NCBI GenBank assembly: GCA_964016885.1
Contig: OZ024746.1
Span: forward strand, 30,628,001-30,692,000
Origin: Eledone cirrhosa
Lineage: Eukaryota
Direction of reading: 5' to 3'
DNA length: 64,000 bases
Shown here: piece by piece, positions 1-13,770 of the stretch
Layout: every line of letters starts with the position of its first letter
Numbering within the stretch: position 1 is the first letter of the stretch
Notes under the pieces: model-generated
Seen by the model: only the letters and a program-made list of their open reading frames with translations
Databases searched by the model: none
What the model was told of the DNA's origin: nothing
Translations under genes and position numbers: made by a program

Positions 1-160
1 TATATTCAACAGATGAAATCAACATATATTCAACAGATGTAATCAACATATATTCAACAGATGTTAACAACATATATTCAACAGATGTAAACAACATATA
101 TTCAACAGATGTTAACAACTTATTGAAAAGATGTTAACATATAATCAACAAATGTTAAGA
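1..160. repeat. Short tandem repeat (about 22-23 bp, TATATTCAACAGATGTTAACAACA-like)
   Basis: Repeated unit visible, decaying rightwards. Confidence 0.75.
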
Positions 161-879
161 ACATATTTTATTAAAGATCAGTAGAATGGTTGAGTGTTTG
201 AATCAACTTCCCCCTACACCAGACCACCACCACCCTCCACTACACCAGACTACCCCACTACACCAGACTACCTCCACTACACCTGACAACCCCTACTAAA
301 CCAGCCAACCCGCACTACACCTGACAGCACCCAACTACACCGGACTCCACCACTACACCATACCTCCTCCACTACATAAGACACGCTACTACACCAGGCT
401 CTCAACCAAACACTTACACGCTAAGTGCTAAAGTACCTCCTAACGTTTCAAACCAAAAATGTCCTTTCCAATAATTTACTTTAGGGAATGGCAAAGATGC
501 TTAAATAAACTCCAGTACATGACTGATACTTTATTCTATCGACTCCAAACGGGTGAAAAACAAAATTGTCCTTGACGGGATTTAAACCCAGAATGTCGAG
601 AGCCAGAACAAATGCCGCAATGGCATTTTATCCAACGCTCTACCAATTCTGTAAATCCACCACTAGAATTCATTACTAAACGGTTGAATAGTGGTTGTAT
701 TGTATTTTAAAATACGAAAATATCACAGACGAGACGCAAAAACAAAATATGTTTCTTTATAGTAACACTGAGTGACCATTATTTAAGTAGAGCCTCTCAA
801 AAATACGAAACTATCACAGATGATCATTGAAAAGTGAGAAACAAAGACGAACTACATATTTTTACAGAAACACTTAACA

Positions 880-2146
880 TTATTATACTGTTATATAATA
901 GCTTTATTGCCCAAATAAAGAACAACATATGAAACATAGAATTTATGAAACCTATGGTACGGTACAAACAATATCTAGATAATGGCTGTGTTGTTGTTTT
1001 ATATAACACTGAGCATTACAAAATTATTGAATAATAATAGCTTTATTCCTCAAATAAGGAACAACGTATGAAACATATAGAATTTATGAAACCTATGGTA
1101 CGGTACAGACAATATCTAGATAATGGCTGTGTTGTTTTATATAACACTGAGTATTACAAAAATGTTGAATAATAATAGCTTTATTCCTCAAATAAGGAAC
1201 AGCGTATGAAACATATAGAATTTATGAAACCTATGGTACGGTACAGACAATATCTAGATAATGGTTGTGTTGTTTTATATAACACTGAGCATTACAAAAA
1301 TGTTGAATAATAATAGCTTTATTCCTCAAATAAGGAACAGCGTATGAAACATATAGAATTTATGAAACCTATGGTACGGTACAAACAATATCTAGATAAT
1401 GGCTGTGTTGTTGTTTTATATAATATTGAGCATTACAAAAATGTTGAATAATAATAGCTTTATTCCTCAAATAAGGAACAGCGTATGAAACATATAGAAT
1501 TTATGAAACCTATGGTACGGTACAGACAATATCTAGATAATAGCTGTGTTGTTTTATATAACACTGAGCATTACAAAAATGTTGAATAATAATAGCTTTA
1601 TTCCTCAAATAAGGAACAGCATATGAAACATATAGAATTTATGAAACCTATGGTACTGTACAGACAATATCTAGATAATGGCTGTGTTGTTTTATATAAC
1701 ACTGAGCATTACAAAAATGTTGAATAATAATAGCTTTATTCCTCAAATAAGGAACAGCGTATGAAACATATAGAATTTATGAAACCTATGGTACGGTACA
1801 AACAATATCTAGATAATGGCTGTGCTGTTTTATATAACACTGAGCATTACAAAAATGTTGAATAATAATAGCTTTATCCTCAAGTAAGGAACAGCATTTG
1901 AAACATTTAGAATTTATGAAACCTATGGTACGGTACAGACAATATCTAGATAATGGCTGTGTTGTTTTATATAACACTGAGCATTACAAAAATGTCGAAT
2001 AATAATAGCTTTATTCCTCAAGTAAGGAACAACGTATGAAACATTTAGAATTTATGAAACCTATGGTACGGTACAAACAATATCTAGATAATGGCTGTGT
2101 TGTTGTTTTATATAATATTGAGCATTACAAAAATGTTGAATAATAA
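880..2146. repeat. Satellite, about 138-bp unit, about 9 copies
   Basis: GAAACCTATGGTACGGTAC recurs every 138-141 bp. Confidence 0.9.
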
Positions 2147-2441
2147 GATTAATTGCTCCTCACATATACGAAAATATCACAGACGTTCATCTTTTTTTAA
2201 AGAAATGAAATAAATGCAAGAACAGCGTTATTTTTAGTGTGAGACAAGACAATGCCTGATACGTAATTAGTGATGAAGTGTTGATTACATTTAAATGAAG
2301 TGAGAGATTATATTTAGATGAAGTTAGAGATTGAAGAATCACGGAAGAAATAGATCATATTTGTCGTTCGGTGTTTTATGTGTGAAGGCAGACAGGTTTC
2401 TAAACATATACGTCAACAAAACACACACGCATATATATATT

Positions 2442-2502
<61 letters not shown>

Positions 2503-2577
2503 CCTGTCGTATATATTCATATATAGATAGGTATATATATATATTATATATATATATATATATAAATATATATATAT

Positions 2578-2684
<107 letters not shown>

Positions 2685-2783
2685 AATGAAGTAATTCCGT
2701 CGGAAAAGTCCAGGAAAATAGAGTGCTCTATGTAGGTAACAGAGCTTAATAGTTATGTAATAAACAACATAAGGCAATTATTC

Positions 2784-2837
2784 CATTTACCAGTGGTTTC
2801 TTAAAAGCAAAAGATTTTGCTTTCAATCCTCAGAATG
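2784..2837 (-). ncRNA. Type I hammerhead ribozyme motif inside a perfect hairpin
   Basis: catt-CTGAGGA-TTGAAAGCAAAA tc TTTTGCTTTTAA-GAAA-CCACTGG-TA-aatg. Confidence 0.7.
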
Positions 2838-2912
2838 AGGATTGAAAGCAAAATCTTTTGCTTTTAAGAAACCACTGGTAAATGGAATAATTGCCTTATG
2901 TTGTTTATTACA

Positions 2913-2957
<45 letters not shown>

Positions 2958-3419
2958 GCACACACATATGTGTGTGTATATATATATATATATATATAAA
3001 TACATATTTCCTGTCATATATTTCATATATAGATATATATATATACATATATCATGTGTGTGTGTGTGTGTGATTGGATGATCACGGCAGGCAGCAATCC
3101 CTTTGATCATATATCTTGTATCTATACAACAACAACAACAACAACAACATCAACAATAACAACATAAAGAAAATTGATCTTTGATAATACCATTATGTTT
3201 TATGGCTCCACCAATAACCATTCCGTTGGCTACATTCCAAATTAAAAAATGTTTTATTTCCAATTTAAAGAGATTCCACTGGATATATTCTGACTCCATT
3301 CCAGTGGTGTTGTTATTGTTGTTGTTGTTTTTATTCTTTATTTTACTGATATTTTTCTCTGTGTGTCCCCATCTTTTTACTTTCTACCTGTTTATTAATT
3401 TATTACAATTATTATAGGA

Positions 3420-3638
3420 AAGGGACGTGGACAATATCAGTGGAGCTTGGGACTCTATGCTTCGCTGCATAGAGTTACGGCCCTTTACGTTCTGAGTTCA
3501 AATCCCACCGAAAGTTAGCTTTGCCTTTCGTCCTTGCGGAGTCGATAAAATAAAGTACCAGTAATGCACTGGGGTCGATTTAATTGACTCTCCCCTCCTC
3601 CAAAAATTGCTGGCCTTGTGCCTAAAGTAGAAACAATG
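3420..3638 (+). mobile_element. tRNA-derived SINE (family with Deu/Nin-like central domain)
   Basis: B box GAGTTCAAATCC, then TTTGCCTTTCGTCCTTGCGGAGTCGATAAAATAAAGTACC, tail TGCTGGCCTTGTGCCTAAAGTAGAAACAAT. Confidence 0.75.
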
Positions 3639-4136
3639 ATTATTGTTATTGTTATATATATTGTTATATGTTCCCTCTTTGTCGATGTCCATGTTTCCTT
3701 GTATCCAATGTAAACCTTACGTTGTCCCTTACCATGTCTGGTTTTCGTCCTTGTATTGTCCTCAACCACTTGGCCCGTGTGGCCCATATCATCATTCTAT
3801 AGTATCACTCAGATTCTAACCTATAGAATTAGATCTTTCGTACTTTCTCCATACTTTCGTTGTATTTACATTGTCTTATCATCTTTTACTGGTTTCAGTC
3901 AGTAGACTGCGCTCATGCTGGAGTACCTCCTTCATTTAGTCAATAATATTTAACCTGCTACTATTGGTTTTGTTTATTTTGTTTGTTTGTTTGTTTCGTT
4001 TGTTTGTTTGGAGGAGAAGTGATTTTTTTTTTTTTTCAAGTCTGGTGTTTATTTTATCTATCACTTTTTGTCGAACTGCTAAGTTGCGGGAGATAAACTC
4101 AGACACAAACCTAAACACAGACACGGACACACAGAC

Positions 4137-4210
<74 letters not shown>

Positions 4211-5480
4211 TTTCATTGTGAGTAGATAGATAGGTAGGTAGCTAGTTATAGTTGTTGTCCTGCTACTGAGAAATGTGTCAACACTGTATATGTGAGAGAG
4301 GGGTAGGTAGGAAGATATAAAATTATTATTTCCCAAACAAATCTACCTCAAAGTGGTTGTCATTTGATTCATGGCTTTTAGAATAATGATATATAGCTGA
4401 TATGCTTTTGCAGTTTGGGACGTAAAAATTGCCATGATGGAGAGAAGAAGAAGAAGAAGAAGAAGAAGAAGAAGAAGAAGAAGAAGAAGAAGAAGAAGAA
4501 GAAGAAGAAGAAGAAGAAGAAGAAGAAGAAGAAGAAGAATGGTACACACGTCTGTGGAATGATCTACCACTTGCACATAAATTTCACAAGCAGGCTATCC
4601 ATTGACGAAGCAACTGAAACATTCATCGTCGAAAATGACTGAGATCCATTCCATTCTATTCTGAGAAAAGCGAAATTTTTAAAGAAAATTTTCTTTCGAT
4701 CTATATCAGCTAAGTGTTTCAGGTGTTTCAGTTCCGGAATATATAATTTCTACTCGAATTAGTTGTTGTTTCGTTTCGTTTTTGTTGTTGTTGTTGTTTT
4801 TACCATTTTCAAGAAAAGCTGTAAATCGTGCTTCTCGTGTCTGCCTCGCATGTTAACGAGAGAATGTTAAAGATCACAATATGTGGAGAATATATTTCTT
4901 GGAGCTATTTTATCTAATTAATTAAAATTACCTACTTAATGATAGATAGTTTTTAAACGTAAGATCTAGTGATTAGAGTTTTGGACTCACAATCATAAAG
5001 TCGTAGTTTCGATTCCTTGACCGATCAATGTATTGTGTTCCTTGAGCAAGATCCTTTATTTCCCGTTGATCCTTCTGCCAGGTGTTACCACCACCAATTA
5101 GTACCAGAAATAGATAAACCAATAGAAACATTGTTTCCATAGGTCTGATCTGAAGATCAGAGCCTTTCCTATATTTTTTTAAACAAGTTTAGTTTCACAA
5201 AATGAATTAGCATTCCACCAAAGTTAACTTTGCCTTCTGAGGATGTTGGAGGAGCTATGTTCATAGAATAAAGTACCAATCAAGTACTTTTTTCCCGTAA
5301 CTCCTGAGAGAATTGTAGGAGCATCGTATTGACATATGGCTTTTCTAGGTCATTTTTAAACCTGGCAGAACCAATCTCCTCTCTAGATCTGAGTACAACA
5401 GATTTCTTCCAGAGAAAGACAGGGGGAGTGAGAGAATGAAAGTGAGGAAGAGATATAGAGGAATAATCGACACCAGTACT

Positions 5481-7557
5481 AGACTGGTACCTTTTTATCG
5501 ACCTTGAATGAATGAAAGGCAAAGTTGTCCTCGGCGAAAATTGAACTGAGGGATCAGAGAGCCGAAACGAATACTACGAAACATTCTATCCGGCGTTTAA
5601 TAACTCTGCCAGTCAAGTACTGAATTGATATAATCCACTCTCCTCGTCCTCCAAATTGCTAGCCTTGTGCTGATGATAGAAAAAAATATTCTTTCTTTCT
5701 TTTTCCTTTTTTTTTTCTTTGTTAATTAAGAGCGGGACATTGGGAGAATGGTTAAACCGTCGGAAAAATTCATCAGCAGAAAACATTCTGAGTTCAAAAC
5801 CTGTCGAGGTCAACTTTACCTCTCATCTTTTTGAGGTCTTTAGCAGAAAAGTATTTAGAAAGTTGTAATGTTGCCACGAGGAACCATCTTTGGTAGAAAG
5901 ATATGATAGGAATATCGACAACGACTTTAGCTTGATTTTACATAATTTATTAACAAATGTTAAGAAGTGAATTAAGTTGGCATGCCAAGAATAATGAAAT
6001 AATTCAATTAAGATTACAAGAGAAAATACGGTCGACTGGCTGAGGCGTTTGGCCAGGTCCGTAGTAAAATTGTTGTGTCGTTACATATTGTTTGTGCTTA
6101 CGGAGCAAAAGAACAAGTGGTGTTTTACCTTAGCGTGGTCGAGCTGCAAGAGTGAGATTCCTCAAATCTTCGCGGGCTATTTCTCCCTCAGGACACGTAG
6201 GGATACATCCTCTTCTCCTGGCGCTGATTGGCTGAGCTGAGCCAAATCACGCACAGAGAATGTATGTGAGCCCGCGGATTGTAGGTCACTACAATACCCC
6301 CCCCCCCTTCTAGACGGAAGTCGATACAGATTATTGAATCAGACTGGTACCTTTTTATCGACCTTGAATGAATGAAAGGCAAAGTTGTCCTCGGCGAAGT
6401 TTGAACTGAGGGATCAGAGTGCCGAAACGAATACTACGAAACATTATATCCGGCGTTTAATAACTCTGCCAGTCAAGTACTGAATTGATATAATCCACTC
6501 TTCTCGTCCTCCAAATTGCTAGCCTTGTGCTGATGATAGAAAAAAATATTCTTTCTTTCTTTTTTCTTTTTTTTTCTTTGTTAATTAAGAGCGGGACATT
6601 GGGAGAATGGTTAAACCGTCAGAAAAATTCATCAGCAGAAAACATTCTGAGTTCAAAACCTGTCGAGGTCAACTTTACCTCTCATCTTTTTGAGGTCTTT
6701 AGCAGAAAAGTATTTAGAAAGTTGTAATGTTGCCACGAGGAACCATCTTTGGTAGAAAGATATGATAGGAATATCGACAACGACTTTAGCTTGTTTTTAC
6801 ATAATTTATTAACAAAGGTTAAGAAGTGAATTAAGTTGGCATGCCAAGAATAATGAAATAATTCAATTAAGATTACAAGAGAAAATACGGTCGACTGGCT
6901 GATGCGTTTGGCCAGGTCCGTAGTAAAATTGTTGTGTCGTTACATATTGTTTGTGCTTACGGAGCAAAAGAACAAGTGGTGTTTTACCTTAGCGTGGTCG
7001 AGCTGCAAGAGTGAGATTCCTCAAATCTTCGCGGGCTATTTCTCCCTCAGGACACGTAGGGATACATCCTCTTCTCCTGGCGCTAATTGGCTGAGCTGAG
7101 CCAAATCACGCACAGAGAATGTATGTGAGCTCGCGGATTGTAGGTCACTACAATACCCCCCCCCCCCTTCTAGACGGAAGTCGATACAGATTATTGAATC
7201 AGACTGGTACCTTTTTATCGACCTTGAATGAATGAAAGGCAAAGTTGTCCTCGGCGAAGTTTGAACTGAGGGATCAGAGAGCCGAAACGAATACTACGAA
7301 ATATTATATCCGGCGTTTAATAACTCTGCCAGTCAAGTACTGAATTGATATAATCCACTCTTCTCGTCCTCCAAATTGCTAGCCTTGTGCTGATGATAGA
7401 AAAAAATATTCTTTCTTTCTTTTTTCTTTTTTTTTCTTTGTTAATTAAGAGCGGGACATTGGGAGAATGGTTAAACCGTCAGAAAAATTCATCAGCAGAA
7501 AACATTCTGAGTTCAAAACCTGTCGAGGTCAACTTTACCTCTCATCTTTTTGAGGTC
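5481..7557. repeat. Near-identical tandem duplication, 860-bp period, about 2.4 copies (A-X-A-X-A)
   Basis: AGACTGGTACCTTTTTATCGACC at 5481, 6341 and 7201. Confidence 0.9.
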
Positions 7558-7830
7558 GATAAAATATAGTACCAGATAAGAACTGCGGCAGATATTATCT
7601 ATTATGCCCTTCTCCAGAATTTCTGACCTTGTGTTTATATCATAAGTTATATAAAGATAGGCAGTTATTTGTGTGGAATTTCGTTGCTTTTTCTAGCACG
7701 CTAAACTACCACATAGAAAGCCACACTACTAGATTATAAAGTTGCTTTAAGAAAAAGTAATTACAAATTTATTGTTCGCTATAATCAGATAAGAGTAATC
7801 ATGGATTTGAAACTATTGCAGGAGATATGG

Positions 7831-7886
<56 letters not shown>

Positions 7887-8088
7887 TAAGTGAGTGCGTG
7901 TAAGTGTGTGTGTATATATATATTAAGTGAGTGTGTGTATGTGTGTGTCTGCCTGTCTAAGACATGTAAATTAATTCATTTTATTCCTTCAACATGTGTT
8001 ACTACAAAAATAAAAGAAAAGAAAGAATAAATAAAAACCTCGAAATCTTATTGGCATAACTTTTCATTTACCTGACTATTTACGTTTG

Positions 8089-8091
<3 letters not shown>

Positions 8092-8131
<40 letters not shown>

Positions 8132-8634
8132 AACATCATATATATATATATACCAACATCATATATATATATACCAACATCATATATATATATACCAACA
8201 TCATATATATATACCAACATCATATATATATATACCAACATCATATATATATACCAACATCATATATATATATATCAACATCATATATATATATACCAAC
8301 ATCATATATATATATACCAACATCATATATATTTATATATATAAATACTAACATCATATATATATATATAAATACCAACATCATATATATATATACCAAC
8401 ATCATATATATATATACCAACATCATATATATATATACCAACATCATATATATATATATACCAACATCATATATATATACCAACATCATATATATATATA
8501 TACCAACATCATATATATATATACCAACATCATATATATATACCAACATCATATATATATATATATATACCAACATCATATATATATATACCAACATCAT
8601 ATATATATACCAACATCATATATATATATACCAA

Positions 8635-8683
<49 letters not shown>

Positions 8684-9791
8684 CCAACATCATATATATA
8701 TATATACCAACATCATATATATATACCAACATCATATATATATATATACCAACATCATATATATATATATATATACCAACATCATATATATATATACCAA
8801 CATCATATATATATATATACCAACATCATATATATATATATATACCAACATCATATATATATATATATACCAACATCATATATATATATATACCAATATC
8901 ATATATATATATATATATATATATACCAACATCATATATATATATATATACCAACATCATATATATACCAACATCATATATATATACCAACATCATATAT
9001 ATATATACCAACATCATATATATATATACCAACATCATATATATATATACCAACATCATATATATATATATATAGCAACATCATATATATATATACCAAC
9101 ATCATATATATATATATATACCAACATCATATATATATAACAACATCATATATATATACCAACATCATATATATATATATCAACATCATATATATATATA
9201 CCAACATCATATATTATATATATACCAACATTATATATATATATATATACCAAAATCATATATATATATATATATACCAACATCATATATATATACCAAC
9301 ATCATATATATATATATATATATACCAACATCATATATATATATACCAACATCATATATATATATATACCAACATCATATATATATATATACCAACATCA
9401 TATATATATATACCAACATCATATATATATATAGCAACATCATATATATATATACCAACATCATATATATATATATACCAACATCATATATATATATATA
9501 CCAACATCATATATATATACCAACATTATATATATATATACTAACATCATATATATATATACCAACATCATATATATATATACCAACATCATATATATAT
9601 ATATACCAACATCATATATATATATATACCAACATCATATATATATATATATACCAACATCATATATACCAACATCATATATATAAATATATATACCAAC
9701 ATCATATATATATATACCAACATCATATATATATATATCAACATCATATATATATATATCAACATCATATATATATATATATATACACCAA

Positions 9792-9848
<57 letters not shown>

Positions 9849-9855
9849 AACATCA
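8092..9855. repeat. Compound satellite: CCAACATCA separated by variable (TA)n
   Basis: Directly visible over about 1.75 kb. Confidence 0.95.
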
Positions 9856-11461
9856 ATTCATCTTGATAAGATGTTAAAAAATAATGTAATCTTTATAAAG
9901 GATATTAAACAGAAAGTTATAAGCATGAAAGAAATTTAAACTATTCATAAATTTAGCTATATAAGCTTTGACCAATGTGGGTATGTTTATATATATGTGT
10001 GTATATATATGTGCGTGTGTGTGTATCTGTATAATCTTTATATATATATATATATATATTAATTTCTTTAGGTCATTTTGGAAGCCTCAACAATGCAGAT
10101 GGGTAATTCTGCGGGTAACAAGATCCGGTGGTGAAGAGAGAGATGTAAGTGAATGTAGAATGAGATGTATAGTGTGTAGAAGAACGTAGGAAAAAGCGTA
10201 AAAAATAAAAATAATAACACGAGATAGAATTACCTCGTATGTATGTATGTTTGTATGTATGTATATATGTATATTTTCACCTTTCGGCTGTTGGCCTTCG
10301 GCTAGGCACGTTCCGCCTAAGGTATACTCTCTCGCTTCCTGACCAGTGAAAAGGTAAACAACTAACTTTCTTTCGTCGTGAAATCACTAGCCAACATATA
10401 ACACAACAACAATAACCACGTATTGGCAACACTTCAGCCAGTGGACCGTGTCTTCTGAAATCCTTAATTCATTCTTTCATCTCTCTTGGCAGCTATTCAG
10501 CTCTACATAACTCAACCTTGTTAAATAAATATTGTACATACAACCCAGTGTCATGTTATAATTGGTGACCTCGAGAAAAAAAATAATAGGAAATGGTGTT
10601 GTGTGAATATTAAAAAAAAAAAAAAGAAAATTAATTAGCAGTATTTCAAAAAGAAAAAATTCCTCTAACAACATTCGACATGGATTTTTTCTACAACATT
10701 TTTTCTACAATATTCCACATGGATTTTTTTTCTCCGAAACTGTCTAGACGAAAAATATAAGTAATCTTTTCCTTAGTGGCAAACAAACAAGAAAAAATGT
10801 TGCTTTTCACCTCACGTGTTTACATCGTTTAAATGTGTTTCAATCACTGGATATATCCTTCGTCCGTCTCACAACGAACACTCAAATAGACTTGGACTCC
10901 TGTATTCTTATATTCAACATGTCAATTTTGATGAACATCACAGCTCATTCAACTAAGCCTTTTTCGCTACTTTTTCATCACTTTCAAAAAAAAAATTGAA
11001 CTCTTGTCATATACAAAGTGAATATAGCCTTTCCTTCTTTTTCATCATATTATCACGTTCACACACAAATTTTTCAAAATGGCTGCCAACGACCTGTTCC
11101 ACTGTCATTTTCGCGCCATTTTCTCGCGCAATAGAAATATTTTATTTTCAACTTGACTTTAACCTTGCTTCGGCACGTCTGGGAGTACACATCTCGACTC
11201 ACTAAGATAACACGCGCCATAGATAATGTTTCTTGCCAAGGATTCTCCAGCTTTAAGCTATATTCTCCTATTTGCCGGTTCAAAAATTTACCACGTAAAT
11301 TTGCCGTTGAAAACTGCGCATTTATTCAGAATGCTTATTGCTATTGTCGCTGACCTTAATTCATTCTTTCATCTCTCTTGGCATGTCAGCTATTCAGCTC
11401 TACATAACTCAACCTTGTTAAATAAATATTGTACATACAACCCAGTCACCCTGTTATATAT

Positions 11462-12070
11462 GTACCAGTTGGTGCTACTGGTAACATGTATCCCAGTGCA
11501 ACCTGTCTCATGGTCGGGTCGTTGGCGACTAAACTGGCAACCCCGCCAAGGTTTCTTGGTGAGGAGGGTGACTTTGGACATCCTGCAGGACTAAAAACAA
11601 AACCTGTCAAGGGGAAAAGGAGCTCTTAAGAGTCAATGGCCATCCAAAATCACCGGGAGAGATGACCCCTTAGCCTTTGTCAAGGCAGAATTCTAGGAGA
11701 AGGAAAACTCTGATATAACACCTGCAACCCTGATGGTATCTAATGATGTTGACTTGTTCTTCTTTTTGGTAAATATCATCTTGGTTAAGAGAGTGGGACT
11801 GGCTTTGTGCAGTGCCTTTGCCCACTATAAAAGCTTCACGGCACAGGCATTGCTTTATATATCTCTGTACTTGTCCTCACATAGTACCAGGGACCCAGCA
11901 CTATGTGTCAATAATTGTCACAAGTGTAGTGTTTGTACCAGAGTTTTCAAGTCGCTGGCTGGACTAAAAAGTCACACTCGTTCAGCGCATCAGTAGGGGT
12001 TCTCCTACATGGATATAAAGTAGTGGCAGTACTCGAAAACGAGTTGGCAGCCACCATTTATGTATGTATG
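11462..12070 (+). mobile_element. Non-autonomous RTE-like retroposon (about 600 bp, (ATGT)n tail)
   Basis: Near-identical copies at 45177-45770 (-) and 58005-58617 (-); C2H2-like remnant [22 protein letters not shown] near the 3' end. Confidence 0.7.
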
Positions 12071-12307
12071 TATGTTCGTATGTATGTAAGTTTGTATGTA
12101 TATATGTATATATGAACCAGCTGCCTACGTAAGATGAATTGGGAACATTTAAAATTTGACATGTAGTCATTCCAACGGAAATGACCATAATAAGGTCGAT
12201 TAATATAAATAATAGTTGAATAAATTAGTTAAAGTGGCCTTGGAGCCATTTCTGCTCATATATATATAAAATGTTATAGTTTGCTTGGTGCATTGTATAT
12301 TTATATA

Positions 12308-12475
12308 ATTGTTTCTACTTTAGGCACAAGGCCAGCAATTATCCAGTGCATTACTGGTACTTTATTTTATCGACCCCGTAAGGATGAAAGGCAAAGTCAA
12401 CCTCGGCGGGATTTGAACTCAGATCGTAAAGGGACGTAACTATGCTGGAAAGCGTGGCGTCCGACCCTCTACCGA
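12308..12475 (-). mobile_element. tRNA-derived SINE (Deu/Nin-like family)
   Basis: Reverse complement of the family seen at 48783 and 63842. Confidence 0.75.
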
Positions 12476-12801
12476 ATATAATATAAATATAATATATAAT
12501 ATAATATAATATAATATAAATATAATATATAATATAATATAATATATAATATAAATATAATATATAATATAAATATAATATAATATATAATATAATATAA
12601 TATAATATAATATATATAATATAAATATAATATATAATATAATATAAATAGCTAGTTCCAGCCTGGAACTAGCTGTTAAAACGGCAAGAGCTCAGCCGTC
12701 GAGGTCTGGACTCTTTATATTATAACCATACTCTACTACCCCAAGTATCGAGTACGCTGGTCAGTAATGGTCTAACGAGTTTCAAACTGAATCCATCCTG
12801 A

Positions 12802-12925
<124 letters not shown>

Positions 12926-12990
12926 TGTGTGTGTGTCGGGTTCAATCGCTTTCATGATGATTTCCTTCGAATGAAGCTGTTTCTATATTG

Positions 12991-13076
<86 letters not shown>

Positions 13077-13589
13077 ATGTGTGTGTGTGTGTGTGTGTAG
13101 TAGACTATCAGATAATACAGAAATACATATAGCAGGTGATATAATTGAAAGTTGTACGACCAAAGATAGCGAAAGAACAATCTAGGGAATATCATAATAC
13201 ACTAAATAGTAGTCTTGACTTGCCCAAGGAAGTAATCAAGCTTCGATTTAATATTGCATAAAAGGGAAAAAATGGCTTTCTATTATGTTACCAAGTGCAT
13301 ATATATTAATGCACCATGTGACAAAGCATTATAGAATAGAAGAAAAAAAGTGTGCTAGTATAGTAATTACTACTATGGTGGCAGGTTTTATATTAGATAA
13401 AAATATGTTTCCGCTATTTAAACCACCCTCTCCTTCATCCCCGAAAATTAATAATATATATATTTATATAAGTTTATGTACCTATATATATTTATATATG
13501 GTTATATATGCATATATATATATTTATTTATATATGGTTATATATGCATATATATATATATATATATATTTATATATGGTTATATATGC

Positions 13590-13623
<34 letters not shown>

Positions 13624-13632
13624 GGTTATATA

Positions 13633-13770
<138 letters not shown>

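Noticed and set aside
8086-9075. 329-aa ORF (IYTNI repeats)
   Set aside because: Translation of a TA/CCAACATCA satellite with no coding signal
11462-11540. HDV-like ribozyme at the 5' end of the RTE-derived retroposon
   Set aside because: P4, CTAA and P2-like pairings are visible, but I could not build a convincing P1/P3; needs a descriptor search
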